64,000 nucleotides of DNA, taken from the NCBI GenBank assembly GCA_040830765.1, contig JBFOMH010000017.1, positions 288,001 to 352,000 on the forward strand. Direction: 5' to 3'. The position numbers and the translations under genes were made by a program. Under the pieces are notes generated by a model. That model did not search any database, had not been told where the DNA came from, and worked only from the letters and a program-made list of their open reading frames with translations. Position 1 is the stretch's first letter; every line of letters starts with the position of its first letter. Positions 37,610 to 47,231 of this stretch are shown here, piece by piece. This DNA is from Puniceicoccaceae bacterium (GTDB lineage: Bacteria; Verrucomicrobiota; Verrucomicrobiia; Opitutales; Oceanipulchritudinaceae).

Positions 37610-39468
37610 TATTCGACCGTAACGCTCTTGGCGAGATTGCGAGGCTTGTCGACATCGCACTTCCGTTCCACCGCTATGTAGTAGGAGAGCAGTTGCATTG
37701 GAATCGAAACCAGCGTCGCATGATTGACCTCATGAGTTTCCGGCAGCTGGATAACATCATCTGCCAAATCCTCCGGGAACTCCTTGCCGGCATCCGTGAT
37801 GGCGATGACCTGCCCCTTGCGGGCCTTGATCTCCTGGATGTTGGCAAGGGACTTCTTGAAAATTTCCCCCTTCAGGGCGATGGCCACAGTTGGGCACTCG
37901 GGACTTACGAGGGCAATCGGGCCATGCTTCATCTCCGCGGCTGGATAACCTTCCGCATGGATATAGGAAATCTCCTTCAACTTGAGCGCACCTTCTAGGG
38001 CGATGGGGAACATCAGCTGGCGGCCAAGGAAGAGGAAGTCGTTGTGATGCGCATACTTCTTGGCGATTTCCTCGATCTGGTCTGCCCGCGACAGCGCTTG
38101 GGCGACCAGACCCGGCGCATTCTTGAGGGCATTGACGATTTCCTTGCCGTCGGTGAAGCTCATATCCCGCATGCGGGCGAAATAAAGGCTCAGCATGGCG
38201 ACGATATGGCATTGCGAAGTGAAGGCCTTGGTTGAAGCAACGCCAATCTCCGGGCCGCTGTGCTGGTAGATGCCACCGTCGTTTTCGCGGGCGATGGTCG
38301 AGCCAACGACATTGGTGATTCCAAGCACCCGGTAGCCTTTGCGTTGCGCTTCCCGCTGCGCTTCCAGCGTGTCAATGGTCTCGCCGCTCTGGCTGACCGT
38401 GAAAACAAGGGTATTCTTGTCAAGGGGAGCATTGCGGTAGCGGAATTCACTCGCGTATTCCACCTCAACCGGGATCCGGGCATATTTCTCAATGAGATAT
38501 TCCGCGACAAGGCAGGCGTGCCAGGCCGTTCCACAGCCCAGAAAGACAATCCGGTCAATTTGCCGCAGTTCTCGAGGGGCGATATTGAGGCCGCCGAATT
38601 GCGCCGTGCTGTTGTCCTGGGAGAAACGGCCCCGCATGGCATTCTCTATCCCAATCGGCTGCTCGAAAATCTCCTTCAGCATATAATGCGGGTAGCTGCC
38701 CAATTCCGCATCCTCAATATCCCAGCTGATGGTGTCGATGACCGGCGAGATAGCGACTTCCTCCATGGTGGAAATGGAGAAATCATCCTTGCGGACAGTA
38801 ACCATCTGGCCGTCATCCAGATAAACGACATTTTGCGTCCGTCCGGCAAATGCGGTGACATCCGAAGCGAGGAAGTTTTCCCCGTTTCCAACACCGATGA
38901 CCAGCGGGCTCCCCTTTCGGGCCCCAATCATGACATCCGGAATATCAAGGCACGTCAGGACGATGCCATAGGTCCCTTCAACTTGGGACAATGCTGCCCG
39001 GAGGGCTTTCAGAAGGGCTTCCTCGCCGTTGCTGCGCTCGCGGTCGACCTCAGCTTCATAAAGGAAGGCGATGAGGTTGAGGAGGACCTCTGAGTCTGTT
39101 TCGCTGGCAAAAGTGACGTCTTTGGCCTCCAGTTCCCGCTTGATGACCCCGTAGTTCTCAATGACTCCATTGTGGACCATGGAGATCTTGCCATTCCAGG
39201 AGACGTGCGGGTGGGCGTTTTCATCGGTGACACCTCCGTGGGTGGCCCACCGGGTGTGGGAAATGCCCAATTTCCCGGATTGACGTGTCTTCAGGGATTC
39301 CTTGCGGAGGCCGTCGACCCTGCCGGTTTGCTTGAGCACATGAAAATTATCATTCTCAAGAAGGCACAATCCGGCCGAATCGTAACCGCGGTATTCGAGC
39401 CGTCGCAAGCCGTCCAGAAGGATTGGGGTTGCCTGATGTTTGCCAATATAGCCAACTATACCACACAT
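37609..39468 (-). CDS. glmS: Glutamine--fructose-6-phosphate aminotransferase
   Basis: MCGIVG (Ntn Cys), LEYRGYDSAG, HTRWATHG, SQSGET, KLKEISYIHAEG, C-terminal PRNLAKSVTVE. Confidence 0.97.
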   Translation of the reverse strand: MCGIVGYIGKHQATPILLDGLRRLEYRGYDSAGLCLLENDNFHVLKQTGRVDGLRKESLKTRQSGKLGISHTRWATHGGVTDENAHPHVSWNGKISMVHNGVIENYGVIKRELEAKDVTFASETDSEVLLNLIAFLYEAEVDRERSNGEEALLKALRAALSQVEGTYGIVLTCLDIPDVMIGARKGSPLVIGVGNGENFLASDVTAFAGRTQNVVYLDDGQMVTVRKDDFSISTMEEVAISPVIDTISWDIEDAELGSYPHYMLKEIFEQPIGIENAMRGRFSQDNSTAQFGGLNIAPRELRQIDRIVFLGCGTAWHACLVAEYLIEKYARIPVEVEYASEFRYRNAPLDKNTLVFTVSQSGETIDTLEAQREAQRKGYRVLGITNVVGSTIARENDGGIYQHSGPEIGVASTKAFTSQCHIVAMLSLYFARMRDMSFTDGKEIVNALKNAPGLVAQALSRADQIEEIAKKYAHHNDFLFLGRQLMFPIALEGALKLKEISYIHAEGYPAAEMKHGPIALVSPECPTVAIALKGEIFKKSLANIQEIKARKGQVIAITDAGKEFPEDLADDVIQLPETHEVNHATLVSIPMQLLSYYIAVERKCDVDKPRNLAKSVTVE

Positions 39469-39543
39469 AATTGGTTTGCATAACAAGGCGAGCCGAACCA
39501 TATAGCAAGCTCAGAACCGTAACCCGTTCTCCTTCAATTACCG

Positions 39544-40824
39544 ATGAAATCCAAAGTTGTTTGTGTCGTTATGGGCGGTGGCCGAGGCACTCGTCTGCAC
39601 CCCCTTACCTCAGAACGCTGTAAGCCAGCAGTTCCCCTCGCCGGAAAGTATCGCCTTGTTGATATTCCCATCAGCAATTGTCTCCATTCCGGCCTGAATC
39701 AGATTTTTGTCCTCACGCAGTTCAACACGGCCTCACTGCACCGGCATATCCAGGAAACCTACAAGTTTGACCCGTTCGGCGGAGGATTTGTGGACATCCT
39801 TTCCGCAGAGCAGACGCAAAAGGGTGACAGTTGGTACCAAGGGACAGCGGACGCCGTTCGGCAGAACCTGCACCATCTGGATGTTGCCGATAACGACCTT
39901 GTCCTGATCCTTTCCGGGGACCAACTCTACCAGATGGACTTTGAGGCGCTGATTGAGAAACACCGCAGGACTGAGGCCGCGGTTACCATCGCGGCCAAGG
40001 CAATGCCGGTTTCCGAAGTCCACGGACTGGGCCTGATGCGGGTCGGGGATGACCTCTCGATTAAGGAATTTGTCGAAAAGCCGACCGATCCCAAGGTAAT
40101 CGAGGGACTTGCCCTTAGTGAGGCGGTCACTTCCCACCTCCACGGGTCAAAATCCGAAAAGTACGTCCTCGCCAATATGGGTATCTACTGTTTCGAGATG
40201 CGCGTCCTGCGGGAGAGCCTCGACAATACCAATACGGATTTCGGCAAGGAGGTAATCCCGCACCTCCTGGGCAAAGTGAACCTCATGAGCTATGTCTTCG
40301 AAGGCTACTGGGAAGATATCGGAACCGTGCATTCCTTCTTCGAAGCCAACCTCAGCCTGACGGATCCGGTTCCTCCGTTCAACTTCTTCGATCAGGATGG
40401 CTTGATTTATACCCGGGCGCGTTTCCTTCCCGCTTCCAAAATCAACGGCATGAAGGTCAAAAATGGGATCATGGCCGGAGGATGCATCATCAGCGACTCG
40501 GACTTTGAACGGACGGTGATCGGCGTCCGCTCGGTTATTGGCTCAGGCAACACGCTCAAAAACGTTGTCATGATGGGAGCCGACTATTTCGAAACGGATG
40601 CTGAACGTGAGGAAAACAAGCGTTTGCAACGACCGAATATCGGGGTTGGCGAGAACTGCCATATTGAAAACGCCATTATCGACAAGAACGCCCGAATCGG
40701 CAACAACGTGCGGCTTTCTCCGGAAGGCAAACCCGACATGTTCGAGCAAGGCGATATCATTGTCCGGGACGGTGTCCTGCTCGTCCTCAAGGGAGGCATC
40801 GTGCCCGACGGGACCGTTATTTGA
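39544..40824 (+). CDS. glgC: Glucose-1-phosphate adenylyltransferase (ADP-glucose pyrophosphorylase)
   Basis: GGGRGTRLHPLT, KPAVPLAGKYRLVDIPISNC, WYQGTADAV, FVEKP, DFGKEVIP, YWEDIGT, IIDKNARIG. Confidence 0.96.
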   Translation: MKSKVVCVVMGGGRGTRLHPLTSERCKPAVPLAGKYRLVDIPISNCLHSGLNQIFVLTQFNTASLHRHIQETYKFDPFGGGFVDILSAEQTQKGDSWYQGTADAVRQNLHHLDVADNDLVLILSGDQLYQMDFEALIEKHRRTEAAVTIAAKAMPVSEVHGLGLMRVGDDLSIKEFVEKPTDPKVIEGLALSEAVTSHLHGSKSEKYVLANMGIYCFEMRVLRESLDNTNTDFGKEVIPHLLGKVNLMSYVFEGYWEDIGTVHSFFEANLSLTDPVPPFNFFDQDGLIYTRARFLPASKINGMKVKNGIMAGGCIISDSDFERTVIGVRSVIGSGNTLKNVVMMGADYFETDAEREENKRLQRPNIGVGENCHIENAIIDKNARIGNNVRLSPEGKPDMFEQGDIIVRDGVLLVLKGGIVPDGTVI

Positions 40825-40915
40825 GCCGGGGCTCCCCCTGCCTTGACCCTCTCCCGGAGTTACCCAAGGGGGATTGGGATTGAGATCAGGATTTGGATGG
40901 GGATGAATTTAGTAG

Positions 40916-41959
40916 ATGCGCAAGATCATCCATATCGACATGGATTTCTTCTATGCGGCAATCGAATGCCGCGATGATCCATCGATTGCGGACAAACCGG
41001 TTGGGGTTGGAGGACGCACCAGCAGGGGCGTATTGACGACCTGCAACTACGTGGCCCGGGAATTTGGCTGCCGGTCGGGGATGCCGGTCTTCAAGGCATT
41101 GGAGTTGTGCCCCGACCTAATTATCAAACCTGTGCGATTCGATGTCTACCGTCGCGAGTCGCGGCGCATCCGGGCGATATTCTCTGAATACACGGAGCTT
41201 ATCGAGCCGTTGTCCCTTGATGAGGCGTATCTCGATGTCAGTCACCAGCGCCGGTACGCCTATCAGATTGCGAAGGAAATCCGCCGCAAGATTTACCGGG
41301 AAACCCAACTGACGGCCAGTGCGGGAATCGCCCCCAACAAGATGCTGGCCAAGATCGCCAGCGACTGGAAAAAGCCCAACGGCCAGTTTGCCATTCTCCC
41401 CGAAGACGTGGAATCCTTCATGAAGGAATTGCCGGTGCGGCGCATCCCGGGAGTCGGGCCCCGGGCGGAGGAATTGTTCAAGAGCAAAGGGATTGAAACC
41501 TGTGGCCAGTTACAGGAAGTCCCTGTCAATGAAATGGAGGCCTGGTTGGGTCCCAGCAGGGCGGCGGAACTGCACGCGCGTTGCCGGGGAGAGGACGATC
41601 GCCCGGTGGAGGCTCACCGTGAGCGCAAGAGCCTCAGTGTGGAACGGACCTTTTCCCATGATATTGCCACGGTCGATGGCTGCCTGCAGGAACTGCCCGC
41701 CCTGTTGACGGAATTGGAAGAGGACATTTCCAAGATGAAGGAGCCCCGACCCTTCAACAAGATCTTCGTCAAGTTGAAGTTCTCCAATTTCCAGCAAACA
41801 ACACGGGAACAGGCGGGGATCGCACTGCTCCCGGAAGCATTCCAGTCCCTGGTGGGAGAGGCGTTTGACCGCAGCCCTCATGCGGTCCGGCTTCTGGGTG
41901 TTGGTGTCCGGTTCCCTGAAAAGGCGGATGACAGCCAATTGGAATTGGACCTCGCTTAA
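40916..41959 (+). CDS. dinB: DNA polymerase IV (Y family)
   Basis: IIHIDMD-x-FYA, SLDEAYLD, LAKIASDWKKPNG, VRLLGV, C-terminal clamp-binding QLEL. Confidence 0.95.
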   Translation: MRKIIHIDMDFFYAAIECRDDPSIADKPVGVGGRTSRGVLTTCNYVAREFGCRSGMPVFKALELCPDLIIKPVRFDVYRRESRRIRAIFSEYTELIEPLSLDEAYLDVSHQRRYAYQIAKEIRRKIYRETQLTASAGIAPNKMLAKIASDWKKPNGQFAILPEDVESFMKELPVRRIPGVGPRAEELFKSKGIETCGQLQEVPVNEMEAWLGPSRAAELHARCRGEDDRPVEAHRERKSLSVERTFSHDIATVDGCLQELPALLTELEEDISKMKEPRPFNKIFVKLKFSNFQQTTREQAGIALLPEAFQSLVGEAFDRSPHAVRLLGVGVRFPEKADDSQLELDLA

Positions 41960-44124
41960 CCGCCTGGCAGGTGGATCGACGGATCTGTCCATTCAAAGAG
42001 GACAATCTCGAAGTGCGGCTGGTGATTCGAGTCAACGGACTTGAGCAACCAGACCCGCGCACTCTTAAGCAGGGGAAAGTCAGCCCGCCCTGCCTTGATG
42101 GCCAGATGAAGGACCCAGGCGGAGCCGTGACGGACCAGTGGCGACCCCTCGCGCAGCCATCCCTTCAGGGGAAGGCGTGAGAGCAGGGGATCCGTACTAT
42201 CGCCACCGGCAAAAGCCCTCGGGAGGATTCCCCGGTTGAAAAAGTCAGCTATGGAATGGCAGGGAGTCTCCCGCAACTGTTTCTCAATCCGTTGAACTGC
42301 AGTGGCCACGAAAGCGGTGTCCCAGCTCCGGTAGTCGACTGAGTCGACTGGATTCGCGAACTGTGGATAGGAAGGAAATTCCACCACCGATTCCTGAAGG
42401 CGGGCCAGCCATGTTTCCCCTGTGAGACAATTGACCGGAATCGCGGGAACATACGCCTGATCATGTCCATTGCGATTCTGTCGTTTCGTGACCCCCTCTC
42501 CTTCAGGCGACCGGGACCACCAGTGACCATTCTCCAGAAGCGCATTGACTTCAAGCGCTCCGGGTGAACCGACGCCGGACCCTCCATTCCAGGCTGTCAG
42601 GTCGCTGGCCGCCAGCAGGGTTTCCGGCATTCTCGAGGGCCAGGAGAAGAGGGGGCCGGATGGATGTAGTGATTTATCCGTGACAAGATCATTTTCACTA
42701 TGTCCGGCTTTGGTGATGACAATGTCTGTTACTGGAAAGGTGCGTCCACCCGCGTCCTTCAGGTCCCGCTCAGCGTCAAGAAGCCGTTGCCGGGGATCCA
42801 GCAATCCGGTAAGGCTCTCCCGGGGGCGAACGAAGGAGATGGAGACCTGGGAATTCTCCTTTCGAAAGGAAAGGCTTCCTCCAGTGAGATGAAAAGGGGA
42901 GGGCATGTCGTCAGCTCGATCGAACCCTATGGACTCAACGGTGATGGGCCAATTCTCCAGGCGAAACCATCCTTTACCGGACCGGGCAGTGGCCAGGGGG
43001 TCCGAGGCGCTGGCATCCAGCAAGGCAACCTGCAAACCATCCGGGTGGGGGTTGAACTCAAGGGTCACCGCATCGGCCGGGCCCACCATGAATCCAGGGT
43101 GCAGGGTTCGCGCAAGGCCCTCCGGTTGCTGCTTCGAATCCGGTTCGGAGAAGACAAGGCTGGCTCCGGATTCCAGAAGACCGGACGTGCGAATCCATGC
43201 GTGAATACCCCGTGCGCCCGTCGAGGAATTGGCCGCTGCATCGAGGTCAATCCAGCCGGAGGAAATGCCTTTGGAGTGGTTTATGATGCGAATCCGTGGA
43301 AGGTTCCAGAAAACTGCTTGGAAAGCAGCCTCCAGACCGGATCCAGGATGCATTTGCAGCGGACGATTGTAAGGATTCCAGATCCCCGCATCGATGTAGT
43401 AACGGATACGGATCACCTTCTCCCGTTGGCCACTGATACCACTGGCGAATATGCCAAACCGAAGGGCAATGAAGTAAGGCACCGGTACCAGTGAAGGGCC
43501 AAGTTCAGGGAAGAAGGGCAAGGGTTCACTATTTGGGATGTACGGCAATTGAGTCAGCTCCCGCTCAGGTATCAAGCCAGCCAATACAGTTGTCTCATTG
43601 GAACCGGTAATTGGTGAGTGCCGCCAGGATGGCAATGGCCAAAAGGTCCGGGGTTTTTCTTCACTGCCGAGGAGGGATAGATCCTCGGCGGTCCAGGATA
43701 ATTCGAGGATGTGATCGGCGTTTTCCGGAGACAGCCTTCTCCATTCAGACTGCAAAGAGTTGTCCGAAACTGCGGACGTGAATCTAGCGGAAATAGCACC
43801 TTCCTGTCCTTGCCGCGTGTAGAGGGGATGCGGAACACCTTCTTCTTCAGAATAGCAAACGGACATCCAATGGAAACCTGATGGATCTGCCTGGAGAAGC
43901 GCACTGGTCCCGCTTGAATTGAATATGGTCTGCTCCAGATATCTGACCAGTGGAGCTACCTGTTCCTTGAGGGATTGCCTGGCCCGCAGGTGCTCAAGGT
44001 CAACCCGTGATTTCCGCAGCACATGCTGGTTATCCTTGAGGATGAAGAGGCTCAGGATGACAATGCTGGAGGCCAGCATCAGGGTGAAGGGGAGAACAAA
44101 TCCTTCTCTGGGACTTTCCGGCAT
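41956..44124 (-). CDS. Hypothetical protein with PilX/GspK-like prepilin N-terminus
   Basis: 722-aa ORF starting MPESPREG-FVLPFTLMLASSIVILSLFIL (class III signal-like); the remainder was not recognised. Confidence 0.7.
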   Translation of the reverse strand: MPESPREGFVLPFTLMLASSIVILSLFILKDNQHVLRKSRVDLEHLRARQSLKEQVAPLVRYLEQTIFNSSGTSALLQADPSGFHWMSVCYSEEEGVPHPLYTRQGQEGAISARFTSAVSDNSLQSEWRRLSPENADHILELSWTAEDLSLLGSEEKPRTFWPLPSWRHSPITGSNETTVLAGLIPERELTQLPYIPNSEPLPFFPELGPSLVPVPYFIALRFGIFASGISGQREKVIRIRYYIDAGIWNPYNRPLQMHPGSGLEAAFQAVFWNLPRIRIINHSKGISSGWIDLDAAANSSTGARGIHAWIRTSGLLESGASLVFSEPDSKQQPEGLARTLHPGFMVGPADAVTLEFNPHPDGLQVALLDASASDPLATARSGKGWFRLENWPITVESIGFDRADDMPSPFHLTGGSLSFRKENSQVSISFVRPRESLTGLLDPRQRLLDAERDLKDAGGRTFPVTDIVITKAGHSENDLVTDKSLHPSGPLFSWPSRMPETLLAASDLTAWNGGSGVGSPGALEVNALLENGHWWSRSPEGEGVTKRQNRNGHDQAYVPAIPVNCLTGETWLARLQESVVEFPSYPQFANPVDSVDYRSWDTAFVATAVQRIEKQLRETPCHSIADFFNRGILPRAFAGGDSTDPLLSRLPLKGWLREGSPLVRHGSAWVLHLAIKAGRADFPLLKSARVWLLKSVDSNHQPHFEIVLFEWTDPSIHLPGG

Positions 44125-44174
44125 ACCCCCAAGGCTGCGCCTTGAGCTGCAGGCTCTTCAAGTGCAGTCTCTGG

Positions 44175-46730
44175 TCAATTTGGACTAACCGTCAGGCGCA
44201 GGCGCTTGTCTGTGTTGAGCACCTCCCGGGCAAATGCAGCCACATCCTCGGCATTGACCGCCTCCAGCCTGTCCTCGTAGTCCAACCAGTCCATGACGGG
44301 TTTCTTGAAGAGGGCATTCAGTGCCACAATTGAGGCCCGTGTACCCGGGCTCTGCAGTGAGAAGCGCTTGCTGACTTTCATCCGGGTTTTGGCCGCCTGC
44401 AGTTCCTCATCGGAAACATGGCCTCCGCGAATGCGGTCCATTTCGCGGTCAAAGCACTCGAAGACATCCGAGGCGGTGGAAGGGTGTGTTCCCGCGTAAA
44501 GATAGAAGCAGCCATGCTCCAGTCCCAGCAGGCGGGATGCTCCGACGTAATAGGCCAGCGATCGTTCCTCACGGACGGCGGTGAACAGCGGTCCTGACAT
44601 GTCGGACAGCAATTCATTGAGCAGGTCCCCAACCAGGGATGTCTCCGGCTTCACGCCGACGTCCGGATAGGCCTCAAAAACAACCGATTGCTCCCGGTCC
44701 ATGGTCTCATGGATTTCGCCGAGGGTCGCCGGCCCTGGGAAGCCGGGGGGGCTCCCTTCAGGCAGGGAATCCGGCAGTTGAAGGAGCAATTGCTCCAGCT
44801 CTGGGATGATGACGTCGGGATCGAAATCCCCGGTGACAACAATGACCGCATTGGGGCCGACAAGAAGATTGTCCCTCAGGGCCCGGAGATCAGATGCCGT
44901 GATGCATTCCGCAGTCGCAATTTGACCGCAGGGGTGGTCTGCAAAGGGGTGCTCTCCAAAGAAGCGCTGGCGGAGGAGCAGCTTGCCATAATCGAGGATT
45001 TCGTCCTCCAAAGATTTCAGGTGGGCCACTTGGGCATCGCGTTCACGATTGATCGTATCCTCATTAAAGGCCGGATGCAGGAGGGCATTGCGCAAGGCAT
45101 CCATGCCCTTGTCGATGCTTTGTGGCATGACCTCGACTGCGAGGGCGAAGGTGTTGTTGCCGGAGGTGTCGGAAACAAAGCAGCCTTCTGTCTCCAGTTC
45201 GTCGGCGATTTCAAAAGCGGTCTTGAACTCAGTGTCCCGGTTGAGGACGGTAGCGAGTAGGGAAGTGGCTCCCCGGACGGACTCGGGTTCGTGCGAAGGC
45301 CCGCCGAGGCCAGCGAAACGAATCCATGCCCGGGGCAGGCTGGCATCCTTCTGCCAGTAGATACGGGCTCCGTTTGAGAGCGTCTTTTCTGAAAAGGCGG
45401 GAAGCTCTTTCTCAGCCATGCTGCCGGAGTACGCTGCGCGCCCTGAATCAGGAAGAAGAGTCGCTACGGAGAGTTTGATCGTGTGGAACGTGTCAGTAGC
45501 CAATTGCCTCAGGTCTTCCGTTGTCAGCGCGTGAATCTTCTCAAAATACCGCTTCGGATAATGCAAATCCCCGACAAGGGCAGCGACCAGACCCAACCGC
45601 GAGGCCATCCCGGAGGAGGTTTGGCGTGAATGAATCTCACTCACGAAAGCAAAATTACGGGCCTTGTCCAATTCAGCCTGGCTGAAGCCGGTAGTGGCCA
45701 GTTCACGGCAGGTCTCGAGAATGGCCGCCTCAGCTGCCTCGGCCTTGTCGCCGTCGCAACTGTACTGGATGAAAAACAGGCCGGGATTGGCCGGATTCCA
45801 GGTGGAGGCGGAAATGCCGTGAACCAGATGCAGTTCCTCACGCAGCTTTTGCCGCAGGCGGCCGCTGTGACCGGAACCGATGATCGCCGCCAGGATGTCA
45901 AGACCGGGCGAATCCACATTCCGCATCGAAGGCACCTTGAATCCCATCAGGCCGCGCCCAATCCGGTAGTCGCCATAGAGGCGTGATTCCCGGAAGGCTA
46001 GCTGGGTTTCTTCCTGGGGAACAACGACCGGAGCCAGGCATCCCCGGGGAAATCTGGAAAAGGTTGCCTCCAGCTCCTTCAGCAAGGTCTTCTTTTCAAA
46101 GCACCCGGCGACCGTAACAACCATGTTCTCCGGCTGGTAGCGGGAATTGTAATAGGCCTCGAGAACGGAGCGGTCAACCTGCTCAAAAAGCGGTCGCAGC
46201 CCAATGACCGGATACTTGAAAGGGTGCTGGTTGTAAGCAGTGGTGAAGAGGCTCCTTCCGAGGATCCGGTCAGGATCATCCAGGGTCATGTCGATCTCCC
46301 GCAAGATGACATCCCTTTCTCTGGCCACTTCCTCTTCCGGCAAGGAAGCGTTCAGGACCTGGTCCGAGAGCAGTTCGAGGATCTGCCCCAAGGCTTCCGA
46401 TGGACCGTCGATGTAGTAGACGGTACGATCAAAGGCGGTGTAGGCATTGATGTTTCCTCCAAGCGCCTGCACTTCGGAAGCCAGTTGCCCGGGCCCCCGC
46501 TTGTGGGTGCCCTTGAAAAGCATATGCTCCAGAAAATGGGAGAGTCCCGACCCGAGATGATCCCCCTCATGGATACTTCCGCTTTTGATCCAGACCTGGA
46601 CGCTGATCACCGGATGGGCGGATTGTTGCTGGAAGATGACCTTGAGGCCGTTGTCGAGGACGACCGTCTCGGGTGATTTGGCGAAAAGCGATTCCAGCGA
46701 AGGGGGTAAACCGGAGTTGTGGGAAGTCAT
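44175..46730 (-). CDS. M16 family zinc peptidase (pitrilysin-like, fused halves)
   Basis: HFLEHMLFKGT (HxxEH), NAYT-x-x-DRT-x-Y, second inactive M16 half with REERSLAY. Confidence 0.93.
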   Translation of the reverse strand: MTSHNSGLPPSLESLFAKSPETVVLDNGLKVIFQQQSAHPVISVQVWIKSGSIHEGDHLGSGLSHFLEHMLFKGTHKRGPGQLASEVQALGGNINAYTAFDRTVYYIDGPSEALGQILELLSDQVLNASLPEEEVARERDVILREIDMTLDDPDRILGRSLFTTAYNQHPFKYPVIGLRPLFEQVDRSVLEAYYNSRYQPENMVVTVAGCFEKKTLLKELEATFSRFPRGCLAPVVVPQEETQLAFRESRLYGDYRIGRGLMGFKVPSMRNVDSPGLDILAAIIGSGHSGRLRQKLREELHLVHGISASTWNPANPGLFFIQYSCDGDKAEAAEAAILETCRELATTGFSQAELDKARNFAFVSEIHSRQTSSGMASRLGLVAALVGDLHYPKRYFEKIHALTTEDLRQLATDTFHTIKLSVATLLPDSGRAAYSGSMAEKELPAFSEKTLSNGARIYWQKDASLPRAWIRFAGLGGPSHEPESVRGATSLLATVLNRDTEFKTAFEIADELETEGCFVSDTSGNNTFALAVEVMPQSIDKGMDALRNALLHPAFNEDTINRERDAQVAHLKSLEDEILDYGKLLLRQRFFGEHPFADHPCGQIATAECITASDLRALRDNLLVGPNAVIVVTGDFDPDVIIPELEQLLLQLPDSLPEGSPPGFPGPATLGEIHETMDREQSVVFEAYPDVGVKPETSLVGDLLNELLSDMSGPLFTAVREERSLAYYVGASRLLGLEHGCFYLYAGTHPSTASDVFECFDREMDRIRGGHVSDEELQAAKTRMKVSKRFSLQSPGTRASIVALNALFKKPVMDWLDYEDRLEAVNAEDVAAFAREVLNTDKRLRLTVSPN

Positions 46731-46735
46731 TTCTT

Positions 46736-47167
46736 TCAGCTTTGGTCCTGAAGGCTGGCCGCAATCTCGGGGAAACTGGTCTTACTGGGCCGGAACGGGG
46801 TCTCGAACACATCCTCGAAGTTGTAGACTTGGTTAAAGTCCTCGATGGAGTCCGTGTCCGTCTTTCCGAAGATGCCGAACTCGACCAGGTTGAAAACAAT
46901 TTGCCCGAAGTCCTCGGTCTGGTTGATGCCCCAAGATTCAAGAAGCATCCGGGCCATCGGGCCGTACTGCTCAAGGGCAAAATCGCGAATGCCTTCGCAG
47001 AGTTCCTGGCCGCTGACGTGGCGATGGTTGCCGGACTTTTCGCGCTCCTTGATTCCCGTCAGGGTATGGTCAAGCGCTTGCCGCATAAAAACATAGGCCC
47101 CGGCGTCGTAGCGGGGGTCGTCCTTGCGGATCAATTGAACAACTTCATGGAAGTTTTTTCCCGACAT
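46736..47167 (-). CDS. Minf_1886 / TIGR04138-like Verrucomicrobia-Planctomycetes protein
   Basis: AY-x-F-x-x-x-AL, RHVSGQEL-x-EG, GPMA...WGI-x-x-TEDFG-x-IVFNLV...DF pattern. Confidence 0.75.
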   Translation of the reverse strand: MSGKNFHEVVQLIRKDDPRYDAGAYVFMRQALDHTLTGIKEREKSGNHRHVSGQELCEGIRDFALEQYGPMARMLLESWGINQTEDFGQIVFNLVEFGIFGKTDTDSIEDFNQVYNFEDVFETPFRPSKTSFPEIAASLQDQS

Positions 47168-47231
47168 GCTCCTTAATGAATTCCTTCACTCTTCCAATGC
47201 AAACGGAAATGTGAATCTTGCCGGCCGGATC

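Noticed and set aside
39469..39543. glmS ribozyme upstream of glmS
   Set aside because: Only 75 nt separate the divergent glmS and glgC starts, which is too short, and no conserved ribozyme core was seen.
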